Shown: positions 50,054 through 59,892, counted from the stretch's first letter. The stretch: 64,000 nt of DNA from Spirochaetota bacterium (GCA_965208615.1 CBDBPB010000007.1:192001-256000); one strand, 5' to 3'. The notes: generated from the sequence alone by a model not told the origin. A program made the numbers and translations.

Positions 50054-51115
50054 ATGATAGATAATATCAAAATAATACAAGGTAGCCAAGACTTCTTAAG
50101 AAAAATAAAGAATACGAGTTTTCAGTTTTTTTTAATAAGTGCCTATACAAAGACGGCTGAGATAGATAATATAACATCAGCAGGACTAGCAGGACTAGTA
50201 GAGTATACCCCGCCTTTGGATATGGAGGTATTGTATTATGGTAGGCCATTGTCCATGCCTGATATACCTAAGATGCCGTCTGGACCGCCATCTCCTGTGA
50301 TAATAACCTCTGCCATTAAGCAGTTAGTGGACTTTCCAATAAGCTATATAGATGTTGGACTTAAAATTAGACCTAAATGTCCTATAACTGTTATTCAGTC
50401 AAAGGTTGCTAAGTCTATTTTGGAGGGTTCTGATATTGACGCACAGGAGCTGTTCAACGATGGATTACGCTATGCTAGTGAGGTAAAGGATTATGCCCAT
50501 ACATTTATACTCTCAGAGTGCGTTCCATCGGGCACTACCACTGCCTATGCTGTGAGTAAGGCTTTGGGCTATTCATGTGATGACTCTTTTTCGTCGAGCA
50601 ATAGTGATGAAAAGACCAAATCCTTAAAAAGGGATGTTGTTAATAAGGCTATATCTTTGTTTGGTAAAGATGTTAAGACTGTTTTTGATGCCATAAGGTA
50701 TTTGGGTGATCCTATGCAGGCATTTTTATCTGGTATGGCTGTTGGACTTAATCAGCTTGGTAAGATGGTTATATTAGGCGGTGGGACTCAGATGCTAACC
50801 ATATACTCAATTTTAAAGAAGCTGGATAAGCCTATAGACTTTACTAATATTGCCTTAATGACAACCAAATGGGTGGCTGAGGATAAATATAGTGATATGA
50901 AGGGTTTATTAAGCCGTATAGATAAAGATTTAAACGCTTTTTATGCAGATTTTGACTTTAAGGAGTCCAAGTTTAAAAACCTTAATCTATATGATAACGG
51001 ATATGTAAAAGAGGGTGTGGGAGCTGGTTCTATAATATGTTATGCTTATTTAAAGGGTATATCTAAAAAGGCAATACTAAACCAAATAGAAAAGCTTTAT
51101 AAGCAGGTAAAATAA
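50054..51115 (+). CDS. cobT: Nicotinate-mononucleotide phosphoribosyltransferase CobT, archaeal/cyanobacterial (TIGR00303-like) type
   Basis: ITSAG..YTPPLD, PSPVIIT, ECVPSGTTTA, LGDP, GGGTQM, GYVKEGVGAG. Confidence 0.82.
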   Translation: MIDNIKIIQGSQDFLRKIKNTSFQFFLISAYTKTAEIDNITSAGLAGLVEYTPPLDMEVLYYGRPLSMPDIPKMPSGPPSPVIITSAIKQLVDFPISYIDVGLKIRPKCPITVIQSKVAKSILEGSDIDAQELFNDGLRYASEVKDYAHTFILSECVPSGTTTAYAVSKALGYSCDDSFSSSNSDEKTKSLKRDVVNKAISLFGKDVKTVFDAIRYLGDPMQAFLSGMAVGLNQLGKMVILGGGTQMLTIYSILKKLDKPIDFTNIALMTTKWVAEDKYSDMKGLLSRIDKDLNAFYADFDFKESKFKNLNLYDNGYVKEGVGAGSIICYAYLKGISKKAILNQIEKLYKQVK

Positions 51116-51987
51116 TTTAGACTGCTTATTGAGTGGAACTTCTTTATATATTCTTCGATATCGTTTTGTGATAGGTTAGTTTGTTTTTTAACTTTTTTCA
51201 TATATATGCGTTGAGAGCCGTAGTATAGGCAGGCAAAACGCATCCACTCTAATAGTACGTCTAGGGATATAACCATTGACGATTTACTATTATAGGTATT
51301 AATAAGCTTATCCAAAAGATTTTTATTTAGGCTACCATCCAAAAAGCACCAGTTTATGCCTATTACTGCTATATCAAAGTATAGGTCTCCATGACAAAAG
51401 TCACTAAAGTCAAATACCCTTAAGCCGTTTTTGTTAAATCTTACGTTATCCATAAATAAATCACCGTGTATAAGTACATTAGCTTTGGCTATTAGGTTTA
51501 AGCTGTCAATATGTTTTAGCATAGAGTTATAGCCTGACTCACGCAAATAATACTCAATACGCTTAGTGGTATAGATATTGTCTATTTTTTTGTTATAGTT
51601 TATGGAGTGGAGTTTAACTAAGAATAGTGCAATTTGTTTAATATTATTTTTATTAGGTTTATCTATTGTTCTACCCTCCATATAAGAGAATAGAACAGAG
51701 GGTTTATTATCCAAATGGATAAGCTCTTTACCGTTATACCCTATAACATGGGGGACATTAAGTTTTTTTAGTTTTAATAGTTTTAGTAGGTCTATCTCGT
51801 TGTTGACCTTTTTACTAGAGCTATATTCATATATTTTTAATATATAGTTTTTATTATCAGTTTTTATTAGATATGTGTTATTAGATATGCCGTTTTTGGT
51901 GGGGTATATATAGTTAGCGTTTAGGTTATAATATTCTTTTATTTTAAGTTTAATATAGTCGGTTTTGAGTTTAGTTATAATCCCCAA
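51097..51987 (-). CDS. APH/type II homoserine kinase-like phosphotransferase
   Basis: GISNNTYLI..YILKIYE, IHGDLFMDNV, VFDF, DIAV; last gene of the cbiM-cbiK-cbiL operon. Confidence 0.8.
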   Translation of the reverse strand: MGIITKLKTDYIKLKIKEYYNLNANYIYPTKNGISNNTYLIKTDNKNYILKIYEYSSSKKVNNEIDLLKLLKLKKLNVPHVIGYNGKELIHLDNKPSVLFSYMEGRTIDKPNKNNIKQIALFLVKLHSINYNKKIDNIYTTKRIEYYLRESGYNSMLKHIDSLNLIAKANVLIHGDLFMDNVRFNKNGLRVFDFSDFCHGDLYFDIAVIGINWCFLDGSLNKNLLDKLINTYNSKSSMVISLDVLLEWMRFACLYYGSQRIYMKKVKKQTNLSQNDIEEYIKKFHSISSLNYFTCL

Positions 51988-51997
51988 GGTTTTATCC

Positions 51998-52705
51998 TTA
52001 GTCTATGATTTTCTTTTTTGAGAAGTCTATTATGAATGACATATACTTATTCCAGTTTTGGGGTAGGTCTTTTGATATGTTTTCATTTTTAAAGCCGAGG
52101 TTCTCTATGTATGATAAATCACCAACTGGGGTGTAATTAGATAGTGCATCACCGACTTTAGGTTTCATAATGACTTTTGTAATATGGTTTGGATTATTAT
52201 TCCATGGCCTAATCTCTAATGAGGACATCCCTTGGCATAAAGACTTCTTCATTTTGGCTGAGGCATAAGAAAATGACGTTATACCAGGGATAACTAATGT
52301 ATTACTATATAGTTCTGGATCAACATCTTTTAGGTATTCTAATAAATAATATACTCTGCTAAATATTGCAGAATCACCTAAGGTTACGTAGGCGAGGCAC
52401 TCATAACGTAAAAAGCCTGTTAATAGTTCATTAAGTTGAGCCTTCCACAGGGATTTATCATATTTCATGGGGGATGGTATACCCTTTAGGATAGGGAAGT
52501 CAGTCTTTTTTATTAATATATCATTATTATCAAAAAACATAGTTTTTATGGACATTATAATCTTATATGCCCTTGAGTCTTTTATGTTATCTCTAACGGG
52601 TATGTATATGGCCTCTGAGGCTAATAAATATTTAATTGCCTTCCAAGTTAATAGTTCAGGATCACCAGGTCCTAAGGATATTATATATAGTTTTTTTTTT
52701 GTCAT
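51998..52705 (-). CDS. cbiL: Precorrin-2/cobalt-factor II C20 methyltransferase
   Basis: SLGPGDPELLT, YVTLGDSAIFS, IPGITSF. Confidence 0.82.
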   Translation of the reverse strand: MTKKKLYIISLGPGDPELLTWKAIKYLLASEAIYIPVRDNIKDSRAYKIIMSIKTMFFDNNDILIKKTDFPILKGIPSPMKYDKSLWKAQLNELLTGFLRYECLAYVTLGDSAIFSRVYYLLEYLKDVDPELYSNTLVIPGITSFSYASAKMKKSLCQGMSSLEIRPWNNNPNHITKVIMKPKVGDALSNYTPVGDLSYIENLGFKNENISKDLPQNWNKYMSFIIDFSKKKIID

Positions 52706-52707
52706 GT

Positions 52708-53541
52708 TTATAGTGTTCCCATTTTTATTTTAAGTTCATCTATAAGGTTTTTTATGGTTTCTTTGACGATATCCAAGTCTAACAGGTTAAAGGGACAGTT
52801 ATCCACTTCGGCTATTAATACGTTAAAGTTTTTGGATAGGCTGTTTTCAATCTTTTTGACGTCTTTGATAAAGTGATTACCGCTTGTGAGTAATAACGGC
52901 ACTATTTTTATGGATAGCTTTTTCTTATGTACTGACTCAGCTCTTTTTACGGAGTCTATAATGGAGTCTTTTAACAAGCTAAAGTTATATATCTTTTCTA
53001 GTGAGCTAAAGAGGTTAAGTGGATTAAGTGTTGTTAAAAAGTCTTTTGCGTAGAAAACTGATTGGATACCAGATTGCTCAAAATATGGTGCACCGTGGAC
53101 TAAATATAATATTACGTCATTATAGTTTTTCCGTACATATTGGTTAATATGGTATAATATACGGCTTGTCTCATCTCCTCTTGATAAGATTGCTGGACTA
53201 AAGCGTATATCGGCTGGTGAGAATATATTAAAACCCTTAACGGTATTTTTTATTAACTCGTGTTCGTCAGTGGGGAATAGGTTTATGGAGGATGCTATTA
53301 TACGTTTATATCCTTGAAGTTCTACATCAGAGAGGGTTTGGCTTAGGTTTTTATATATAATACCTTTAGTTTTCAGGTTATTTAACACCGACCTCGACGA
53401 AAATGCCAAATGTACTGGTATATTAGTATTATTATTTTCTATATATTCTTTTAGGCTTTCGTATTTAGCCTTTTGAGGTATTGATCCAAAGGCAGATAAT
53501 ATAATTGCCGTATCTTTTTTATAATGTCTCCATCTTTTCAT
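52708..53541 (-). CDS. cbiK: Sirohydrochlorin cobaltochelatase (CbiK family)
   Basis: AIILSAFGS, AFSSR, LVHG, VPLLLTSGNHFIKD; ATG at 53541 preferred over 53601. Confidence 0.75.
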   Translation of the reverse strand: MKRWRHYKKDTAIILSAFGSIPQKAKYESLKEYIENNNTNIPVHLAFSSRSVLNNLKTKGIIYKNLSQTLSDVELQGYKRIIASSINLFPTDEHELIKNTVKGFNIFSPADIRFSPAILSRGDETSRILYHINQYVRKNYNDVILYLVHGAPYFEQSGIQSVFYAKDFLTTLNPLNLFSSLEKIYNFSLLKDSIIDSVKRAESVHKKKLSIKIVPLLLTSGNHFIKDVKKIENSLSKNFNVLIAEVDNCPFNLLDLDIVKETIKNLIDELKIKMGTL

Positions 53542-53616
53542 ATTGTCTATTCTTATTTTGTGAGTATAGGTTTGTACCCACCAATAGATAGGTACAAACA
53601 AAAACTATAATATATT

Positions 53617-54300
53617 TTATATAGAATCTGGACTATAGAGTCTTTTTTCAACGAATAGGCTGTCTTTTAAAGGGTTTAAGGTTTTTGCAAGGGCTAAAAC
53701 TCCTAAGTCTAAAAGTGGTTCTATTAGTATAACAGCTAGATATACGCTTCCAAAGGATAATACCTGAGCAGTATTGGCTATAGTAAAGCCTTGACCATAG
53801 AATGCCCAAAACATTACCCAAGCAACTATACCACCTTGATAAGCTATAGATAGTTTTAATACCTGTGAATATTTAAGATCTTTATAGGCTATGTTTTTGG
53901 GGATAACTTTTTTGGCTAATAGGTTCATTACAAAGAGCGGCATTAATAGCGTTGTTATATTGACAAAATACATTGCTAGATCAGTTTGTGAGAACAGGAC
54001 TCCCTGACATAACAGTCCAATAGCTAAGCCCAGTGAGGCGGCTGATACACCAAATAATAAGAATAACGTTGAGCCGAATATAAAGTGTACCTCTGACACG
54101 CCAACAGGAAAGTGTGGGAATACTTGAAAGAAAATAAATACTAATATACTAGTTAATATGGTTTTTAGCCCTAAGGATAAATAACCAGTCTTTTTAATTT
54201 CATTAACGGTTAGTTTTGCGGTAATAGCCAAAGACGTTATTGCTGTACCATAGCTTAATGCTAATTTAGCTCCTTGAACAACTCCTGGTTCAATGTGCAT
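53617..54300 (-). CDS. cbiM: CbiM-family cobalt uptake membrane protein
   Basis: N-terminal MHIEPG metal-binding start, PHFPVGVSEVH, multiple TMs; own AAAGGAG RBS. Confidence 0.85.
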   Translation of the reverse strand: MHIEPGVVQGAKLALSYGTAITSLAITAKLTVNEIKKTGYLSLGLKTILTSILVFIFFQVFPHFPVGVSEVHFIFGSTLFLLFGVSAASLGLAIGLLCQGVLFSQTDLAMYFVNITTLLMPLFVMNLLAKKVIPKNIAYKDLKYSQVLKLSIAYQGGIVAWVMFWAFYGQGFTIANTAQVLSFGSVYLAVILIEPLLDLGVLALAKTLNPLKDSLFVEKRLYSPDSI

Positions 54301-54333
54301 AATAAACTCCTTTATAAAAGTTTTATTAAAGTA

Positions 54334-54390
54334 TTAAGGAAGTCTGACAAAGCTTTTGTATAGGTTATTAATTTGATAAGGTTTTGTCAT
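54334..54390 (-). CDS. 18-aa leader ORF MTKPYQINNLYKSFVRLP
   Basis: AAGGAGGT (54397-54404) 6 nt upstream of ATG 54390; TAA at 54334-54336; lies between the riboswitch and cbiM. Confidence 0.65.
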   Translation of the reverse strand: MTKPYQINNLYKSFVRLP

Positions 54391-54396
54391 AATAGT

Positions 54397-54510
54397 ACCT
54401 CCTTTTACGGGAAAGAGATCTCTACTTAAGTATAATATACTGTGTTCCTGACTCTAACAGTTACCCGATAGTGGAGGATTCTCACCTCACTTCCACAATG
54501 TATTATATTA
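54397..54510 (-). ncRNA. Cobalamin riboswitch, compact class-II-like with kissing loop over the RBS
   Basis: Minus strand GTGGAAGTGAGGTGAGAATCCTCCACTATCGGGTAACTGTTAGAGTCAGGAACAC closed by TATAATACATTGTG/CACAGTATATTATA; loop CGGG complementary to CCCG in the downstream hairpin CTCTTT-CCCGTA-AAAGGAG; upstream of cbiM. Confidence 0.88.
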
Positions 54511-54613
54511 AACAGGTTAGAATAGCAAATATATTATAAAAATATATAAAAGACAATATTTATTAAGTTTTTTTATTAATATTACTTTTAGCGAATATGT
54601 TAAATAGGCAATT

Positions 54614-55930
54614 ATGATAAAAGGTTTTATTATATCCGCAATATCGTCCAAACAGGGAAAGACACTAATAACCATGTCTTTGATGAATAAGCTAAATGCT
54701 CAATTTAAGGTATCCCCGTTTAAAAGTGGACCTGATCATATAGATACCCAATTTCATAAAAAGCTTTTGGATAAGCCATCGGTCAATCTTGATTTATTTA
54801 TGATGACTAAAACCCAGACTAAGTGGATATTTAACAACTACGCAAAAGAACTATCCATAATAGAAGGGGCTATGGGCTATTACGACGGCATAGATAAAAA
54901 AACATCCACTTATGATATTGCTAATACCATAAATCTACCCACTGTATTAGTTATATCGGCTGAGGGGTCTTATTCAACGTTATCCGCTGTGATATTGGGT
55001 ATGCTAAGCTATAAAACGGATAATACAATAAAAGGTATTATATTTAATCATGTATCCTCAGAAAGCCATTATCAACTAATAGTTAAGCAGGTTAATAAGG
55101 ATCACCCTAATATTGAGTGTCTTGGATGGGTTAAAAAGGATATAATTAATCTTAAATCGAGGCACCTTGGTTTGGACTTATCCCAATTAAACAGGCTTAA
55201 GCTTTGTGAGATGTCAGATGAGGTTTGTAAGAATATTAATATTCAAAAGCTAATTAGACTTATAAATGATAATAAGCTTACTAGAACTAATATTGACTAT
55301 CCCTTTGATAATACAAGCCTAAAAGAAAAACAGCTAACCATAATAAGTGATAGTGGTTTTTCCTTTTTGTACCACGATAATATGGAATATTTAAAAGGCA
55401 TATTTAAAAATGTTAATATAATATCCGCTCTTGATGATAATATTATACCAAAGGATAGCGATGTTGTATACATCCCTGGTGGATACGTTGAAACAGAGGA
55501 TGTATATCATAAGTTAGCTAAGGCCAATAAGTTTAAAAATAGTCTAATTGATATTTCTAGTGATAAAAAGAAAAGAGTATATGCAGAGTGCGCTGGACTA
55601 ATATATTTGGGTAATAGGTTAACGTTGTTATCCGAGGTTAGTGTTAGTATGTCTGGTATTATGCCTATGAGCTTTAGGATGAGGGTTAATAGACAGCGTC
55701 TTGGATATTATTATGCAAAAGACTTAAAGTTTAATAATATATATAAGGGACATGCTTTTCACTATAGTGAGCCTATTAGTGAGGCTAACCCAATATGGGG
55801 CTTGTCAAAGAGTATAGACTCAAAAGCTATAATGGGAGCATGGATAAGTCAAAATGTATGTGGAACGTATTTACATACTATGTTTAGGGCTAACCCTAAG
55901 ATTATAGACTTGTATTTTAATACGAATTAA
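54614..55930 (+). CDS. cbiA: Cobyrinate a,c-diamide synthase
   Basis: SKQGKT, FKSGPDHID, IEGAMGYYDG, SRHLGL, PGGY, YAECAGLIYL. Confidence 0.92.
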   Translation: MIKGFIISAISSKQGKTLITMSLMNKLNAQFKVSPFKSGPDHIDTQFHKKLLDKPSVNLDLFMMTKTQTKWIFNNYAKELSIIEGAMGYYDGIDKKTSTYDIANTINLPTVLVISAEGSYSTLSAVILGMLSYKTDNTIKGIIFNHVSSESHYQLIVKQVNKDHPNIECLGWVKKDIINLKSRHLGLDLSQLNRLKLCEMSDEVCKNINIQKLIRLINDNKLTRTNIDYPFDNTSLKEKQLTIISDSGFSFLYHDNMEYLKGIFKNVNIISALDDNIIPKDSDVVYIPGGYVETEDVYHKLAKANKFKNSLIDISSDKKKRVYAECAGLIYLGNRLTLLSEVSVSMSGIMPMSFRMRVNRQRLGYYYAKDLKFNNIYKGHAFHYSEPISEANPIWGLSKSIDSKAIMGAWISQNVCGTYLHTMFRANPKIIDLYFNTN

Positions 55931-55945
55931 TTATTTGGTGGACAA

Positions 55946-56632
55946 ATGAAGATAAAAAACTTTTATATTAAAAAGCCGTTAATCATTAATGCCGGTGATA
56001 TTGAAAAGCTATCCCTTAAGGCGGTTGAAGATAAGTGTATTAGTTTTAAACGGTTTAATGGTTTTGACAAAATGCAAAAAGAAGTTGTTAAACGGCTAAT
56101 ACATAGTACAACTTGCTTTGATAGGGTTATTAACAATATATACTTTACTGATAATGCTATAACCAGTATTATAGGGCATATTAAGGACTCAGCCAGTATA
56201 ATTGTTGATACTAATATGATTAAATCTGGTCTTAGTAGTTATTATACGGATAAATATAATAATGAGGTTATATGTCATGTATCCGATGATGACATAAAGG
56301 CTGAGGCAGGCCAAAAGGGTCTAACTAGGAGCTATTTAGCTGTACAGAAAGCTCTTAAGGATAATTATAATAAAAAGGTGATATTAGCTTGCGGTAATGC
56401 ACCGACTTTTTTATACTCAGCTGTTGAGGCTTTACTAAAAAACGATTGGGATTTATCCAAAGTAATTATATTGGCTTTCCCGGTGGGCTTTGTTAATGTG
56501 GTAGAGAGCAAAGAGTATACTAAAGACTTTTTAAGTTATTTTAATATGGATGGTATTATATTAGAGGGTAGTTTTGGCTCATCCCCGTTGGTGATTGCCT
56601 GTTTGCATGCCGTATATAGACAGATAGCTTAA
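55946..56632 (+). CDS. cbiC: Precorrin-8X methylmutase
   Basis: IEKLS, RLIHST, DTNM, GNAPTFL, PVGFVNVVESK. Confidence 0.9.
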   Translation: MKIKNFYIKKPLIINAGDIEKLSLKAVEDKCISFKRFNGFDKMQKEVVKRLIHSTTCFDRVINNIYFTDNAITSIIGHIKDSASIIVDTNMIKSGLSSYYTDKYNNEVICHVSDDDIKAEAGQKGLTRSYLAVQKALKDNYNKKVILACGNAPTFLYSAVEALLKNDWDLSKVIILAFPVGFVNVVESKEYTKDFLSYFNMDGIILEGSFGSSPLVIACLHAVYRQIA

Positions 56633-57592
56633 CTATATTAGGTTAAAGAGCTTTTTTATTTTATTATTTTTTATTAGGTCATTTAGCTTTTCAACCATGA
56701 TAAGATAGTCATCCATGTTTTTTATTTTGACATATACATTTATACTTTCGTCTTCTAGGTGTTTATCTATTTTAATTTTAAATCTTGGAGGCAGGGATAA
56801 ATCTTTTATATGTTCTTTAATTTTGTTTATTTCTTTGGTATACAGCGGATAACGCATAATAGACAGCTTATCAAAAAAGGCTTTCTGACGGATATTAACA
56901 CTTTGTGAGTCAAATATAATACTGGATAAGCTATCTAGAACATCATAAGGTATTTTGTTATCCCGTTTGGATAGGTATTTTATATTATCCATCATGAGCC
57001 TAACCTTGCTGTTGGACAAGTTAAGCTCGTTTATAATTGTGTAGATGTAGTCCTGTTCTTTGATAGAGAAACAACTAAACTCATAAGCCAGACTAAGGGG
57101 GATATTATAATTTAGCAAATAAGTTTTTATATTAGCCGATAAGTTATTTAGGCTTAGGAACAGCTTTAGCAACTTGATACTGGGGTTTTCCTTTATGAGA
57201 GGGAGGTATACATTTACTATTTCTTCCTGGCTGAGCTTAAATGTATTAGTAAGTTTATTTAGGATATTATATTTTTCAATAACGTTAAGCCTTGCATAAA
57301 GTTGACCGTATAAGACAGCGTATACAAAGCAGTCCAGCATAGAGCTACCGTCTAATATGAAGGAGTCTGCGTATAGGACTTTATTATTTTTGAGAGCTTG
57401 TATTTGTTCACTACCCCAAACCAGCCTATAGCTATTTAATTTTATTCTCTCCAGCAAAATGGGAGTATAAAGTTTATGATGGTTAAACTCCAAAACACTA
57501 TTCTTATTGGAAAACGAATATAGGTATAGATCATTTTTTATGTTGATATTCTTGATTAGGATTTTATCAAATATTTTATTAATCATAAGCAC
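56633..57592 (-). CDS. Hypothetical protein with a degenerate ParB-like N-terminal domain
   Basis: TPILL..YRLVWG resembles the ParB N-domain, followed by LNVIEK and a helical region; Arg patch absent. Confidence 0.5.
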   Translation of the reverse strand: MLMINKIFDKILIKNINIKNDLYLYSFSNKNSVLEFNHHKLYTPILLERIKLNSYRLVWGSEQIQALKNNKVLYADSFILDGSSMLDCFVYAVLYGQLYARLNVIEKYNILNKLTNTFKLSQEEIVNVYLPLIKENPSIKLLKLFLSLNNLSANIKTYLLNYNIPLSLAYEFSCFSIKEQDYIYTIINELNLSNSKVRLMMDNIKYLSKRDNKIPYDVLDSLSSIIFDSQSVNIRQKAFFDKLSIMRYPLYTKEINKIKEHIKDLSLPPRFKIKIDKHLEDESINVYVKIKNMDDYLIMVEKLNDLIKNNKIKKLFNLI

Positions 57593-57649
57593 TCCGACGA
57601 TAACTAATATTTTGATAGAATAACAATAATTTTGATATTTTAAACTATT

Positions 57650-58300
57650 TTGTTATTTTTTTATAATTCCACACCATATCATGGGGATATAATGCATAAC
57701 TTACTGCTTTTTAATAAGATAGCCCTTATATTGTATAGTAGTTATAGGGCTATTATAGTTGTTATACTTTTGGTTATTAGCCAGTGTAGTCTTTATAATC
57801 TTGCTACTGAGGAAGATGGATTTAACGAAAATGATAGGCCTAATATAAATGAGGGTATAGCTGTTTTCATTTTTAGGAGTGCTAATAAGGCACCTTTACC
57901 TAGTGAGGTATTCTTTCGACTAAGAAAGCAAAATGACAAAAATTATCATTTTGTTTTATCAGCTTTTATACCTAGAAAAGAGGTCAGTCGTTATATCTTT
58001 TTAAGAAAGGGTATTTATTCCTTTGCTAAAATGGTATACAAGTTTAACGGCCATACAGAGGACTTTTATTTTCCTAGTAATACATTTCATATTAGCTCAT
58101 CCCACATAAACTATATTGGGGATATTATTTTTGAATACAATAGAGGTAAAGTTAGTGTAAGGCTAAGGGATAACATGAATAAGAGTATGTATGACTTTTA
58201 TAAAAGGTATAAACAAATAACTTTGATGTATCCCAAGCGGAAGAGTCTTCTTATGCTGTTTAGCCTTGATAAGCAGTTAAAGAATCTTTATAAAAGATAG
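57650..58300 (+). CDS. Hypothetical exported protein, possible lipoprotein
   Basis: Hydrophobic stretch ending VISQ-C; INYIGDI motif; start uncertain. Confidence 0.55.
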   Translation: MLFFYNSTPYHGDIMHNLLLFNKIALILYSSYRAIIVVILLVISQCSLYNLATEEDGFNENDRPNINEGIAVFIFRSANKAPLPSEVFFRLRKQNDKNYHFVLSAFIPRKEVSRYIFLRKGIYSFAKMVYKFNGHTEDFYFPSNTFHISSSHINYIGDIIFEYNRGKVSVRLRDNMNKSMYDFYKRYKQITLMYPKRKSLLMLFSLDKQLKNLYKR

Positions 58301-58306
58301 ATTTTA

Positions 58307-59161
58307 TTAATATGGTTTTATACTTTCGGCCAAAAAGAAGTTATAATTAAGATGATCTAGTTTATTTTTAGCCTTTTTTGCAAGAGTCATTGACTCAAAA
58401 AGTCCAAATACAGATGATCCGCTACCAGACATTAGACTAGCCTTTGCACCATTTTTAGTTAACATAGTTTTAATTTCTTTTATAGTCGGATTAAGTTTAA
58501 TTTGGCTTTCTTCGAACTTGTTATACATAGAGTTAGCGATTTTATCCATGTCTTTTTGCTTAAGAGCGTCTATAATATCGTTTATTTTGTTTTTAGGGCT
58601 GGATAAGTCTATATTATCATAAGCCGTTTTGGTGGACGTATTAATTTTTGGATATACAACTAAAAAAAACAAAGGACAATTCAAATTATCGAGGTATGTT
58701 AGCTTATCACCAATGCCCTGTCCTCTTGCAGTAGCACCTTTTATAAAGAATGGCACATCCGCACCGATTTTACTTGCCATTTTAGTTAGCTGATCATTAG
58801 TTATCCCTAAGCTAAAAAAGTTATTTATTCCGATAAGGGTAGTAGCCGCATTAGAGCTTCCACCAGCGAGTCCCGCACCCATTGGGATTACTTTTTTAAG
58901 GGTTATTTTAAGTCCGCTATTAAGAGGGTGGATATAGGGTCTTAATAGGTTAATAGCTTTCCAGATAACGTTAGTATTGGATTCGAGTTCTTTAATATTG
59001 CTAACAATAGTAAAGTCGGAGCTTTTTTCAAATGTTATACTATCACAAAGGCTTATAGCCTGAAAAATGGTATCTATATTATGATAGCCATCATCCCTAA
59101 GGCTTATTATGTCTAAGTATAGGTTTATCTTGCAATAAGACTTTAATATCACTAATACCAA
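58307..59161 (-). CDS. ispE: 4-diphosphocytidyl-2-C-methyl-D-erythritol kinase
   Basis: KINLYL..DGYH, IPMGAGLAGGSSNAA, GADVPFF, MSGSGSSVF. Confidence 0.97.
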   Translation of the reverse strand: MVLVILKSYCKINLYLDIISLRDDGYHNIDTIFQAISLCDSITFEKSSDFTIVSNIKELESNTNVIWKAINLLRPYIHPLNSGLKITLKKVIPMGAGLAGGSSNAATTLIGINNFFSLGITNDQLTKMASKIGADVPFFIKGATARGQGIGDKLTYLDNLNCPLFFLVVYPKINTSTKTAYDNIDLSSPKNKINDIIDALKQKDMDKIANSMYNKFEESQIKLNPTIKEIKTMLTKNGAKASLMSGSGSSVFGLFESMTLAKKAKNKLDHLNYNFFLAESIKPY

Positions 59162-59892
59162 ACCTTATTTAAATATAAACCGCAGGATGGAGCAGTAAAG
59201 TAGTTATGTAGTCTACTTTTAAGGTTTAGTATTCTAATGACCTCAGTGATAGGGCGGTTTTTTAAATTAACGTCTATTATTATGCCTATTATCATCCTAA
59301 CCATTTTTCGTAAAAATGCGTTAGCTTGTATTAATATGGTTATTTCTTTATTATTTTGCTCTACTTTTGTATTATGGATAGTTCTAATTTTGTTTTTGGA
59401 TTCATCATTAACCGAAGAAAAACTGGTAAAATCATGTTCACCTTCTAAGAGTTTTAGTGCCAAGCTTATTTTATCAGCATACAGCTTTTTTTTTTGTAAG
59501 TAAACGTAGTTTTTTATAAAAGGCGGACAAACAATATCGTTATAAATTATGTATTTGTATTCTCTTTTTAGGGCAGAAAATCTTGAGTGAAAATCTAAGG
59601 ATGTCTCTTCGCATTTGAATATTCTAATATCTTTTGGTAAAAAGGAATTAAGGGCATAAAAAAGATTTGTACATTGTATTTTTGAGGTTGTTTTAAAGTT
59701 AGCCACCTGACCTATGGCATGTACTCCACTATCGGTTCTTCCAGAGCAGATTAGGTTTATTTTTTCATTTGTGATGGCGGATAACCTTAACTCTATCTCA
59801 TCTTGTATGGTTATTGCATTTTTTTGTCTTTGCCATCCTGAATATTTGGTTCCGTCATACTGTATGAGGAGTTTTATATTACGCATTATCAA
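59152..59892 (-). CDS. truA: tRNA pseudouridine(38-40) synthase
   Basis: YDGTKYSGWQRQ, GRTDSGVHA, HDFTSF, FLRKMVR. Confidence 0.97.
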   Translation of the reverse strand: MIMRNIKLLIQYDGTKYSGWQRQKNAITIQDEIELRLSAITNEKINLICSGRTDSGVHAIGQVANFKTTSKIQCTNLFYALNSFLPKDIRIFKCEETSLDFHSRFSALKREYKYIIYNDIVCPPFIKNYVYLQKKKLYADKISLALKLLEGEHDFTSFSSVNDESKNKIRTIHNTKVEQNNKEITILIQANAFLRKMVRMIIGIIIDVNLKNRPITEVIRILNLKSRLHNYFTAPSCGLYLNKVWY

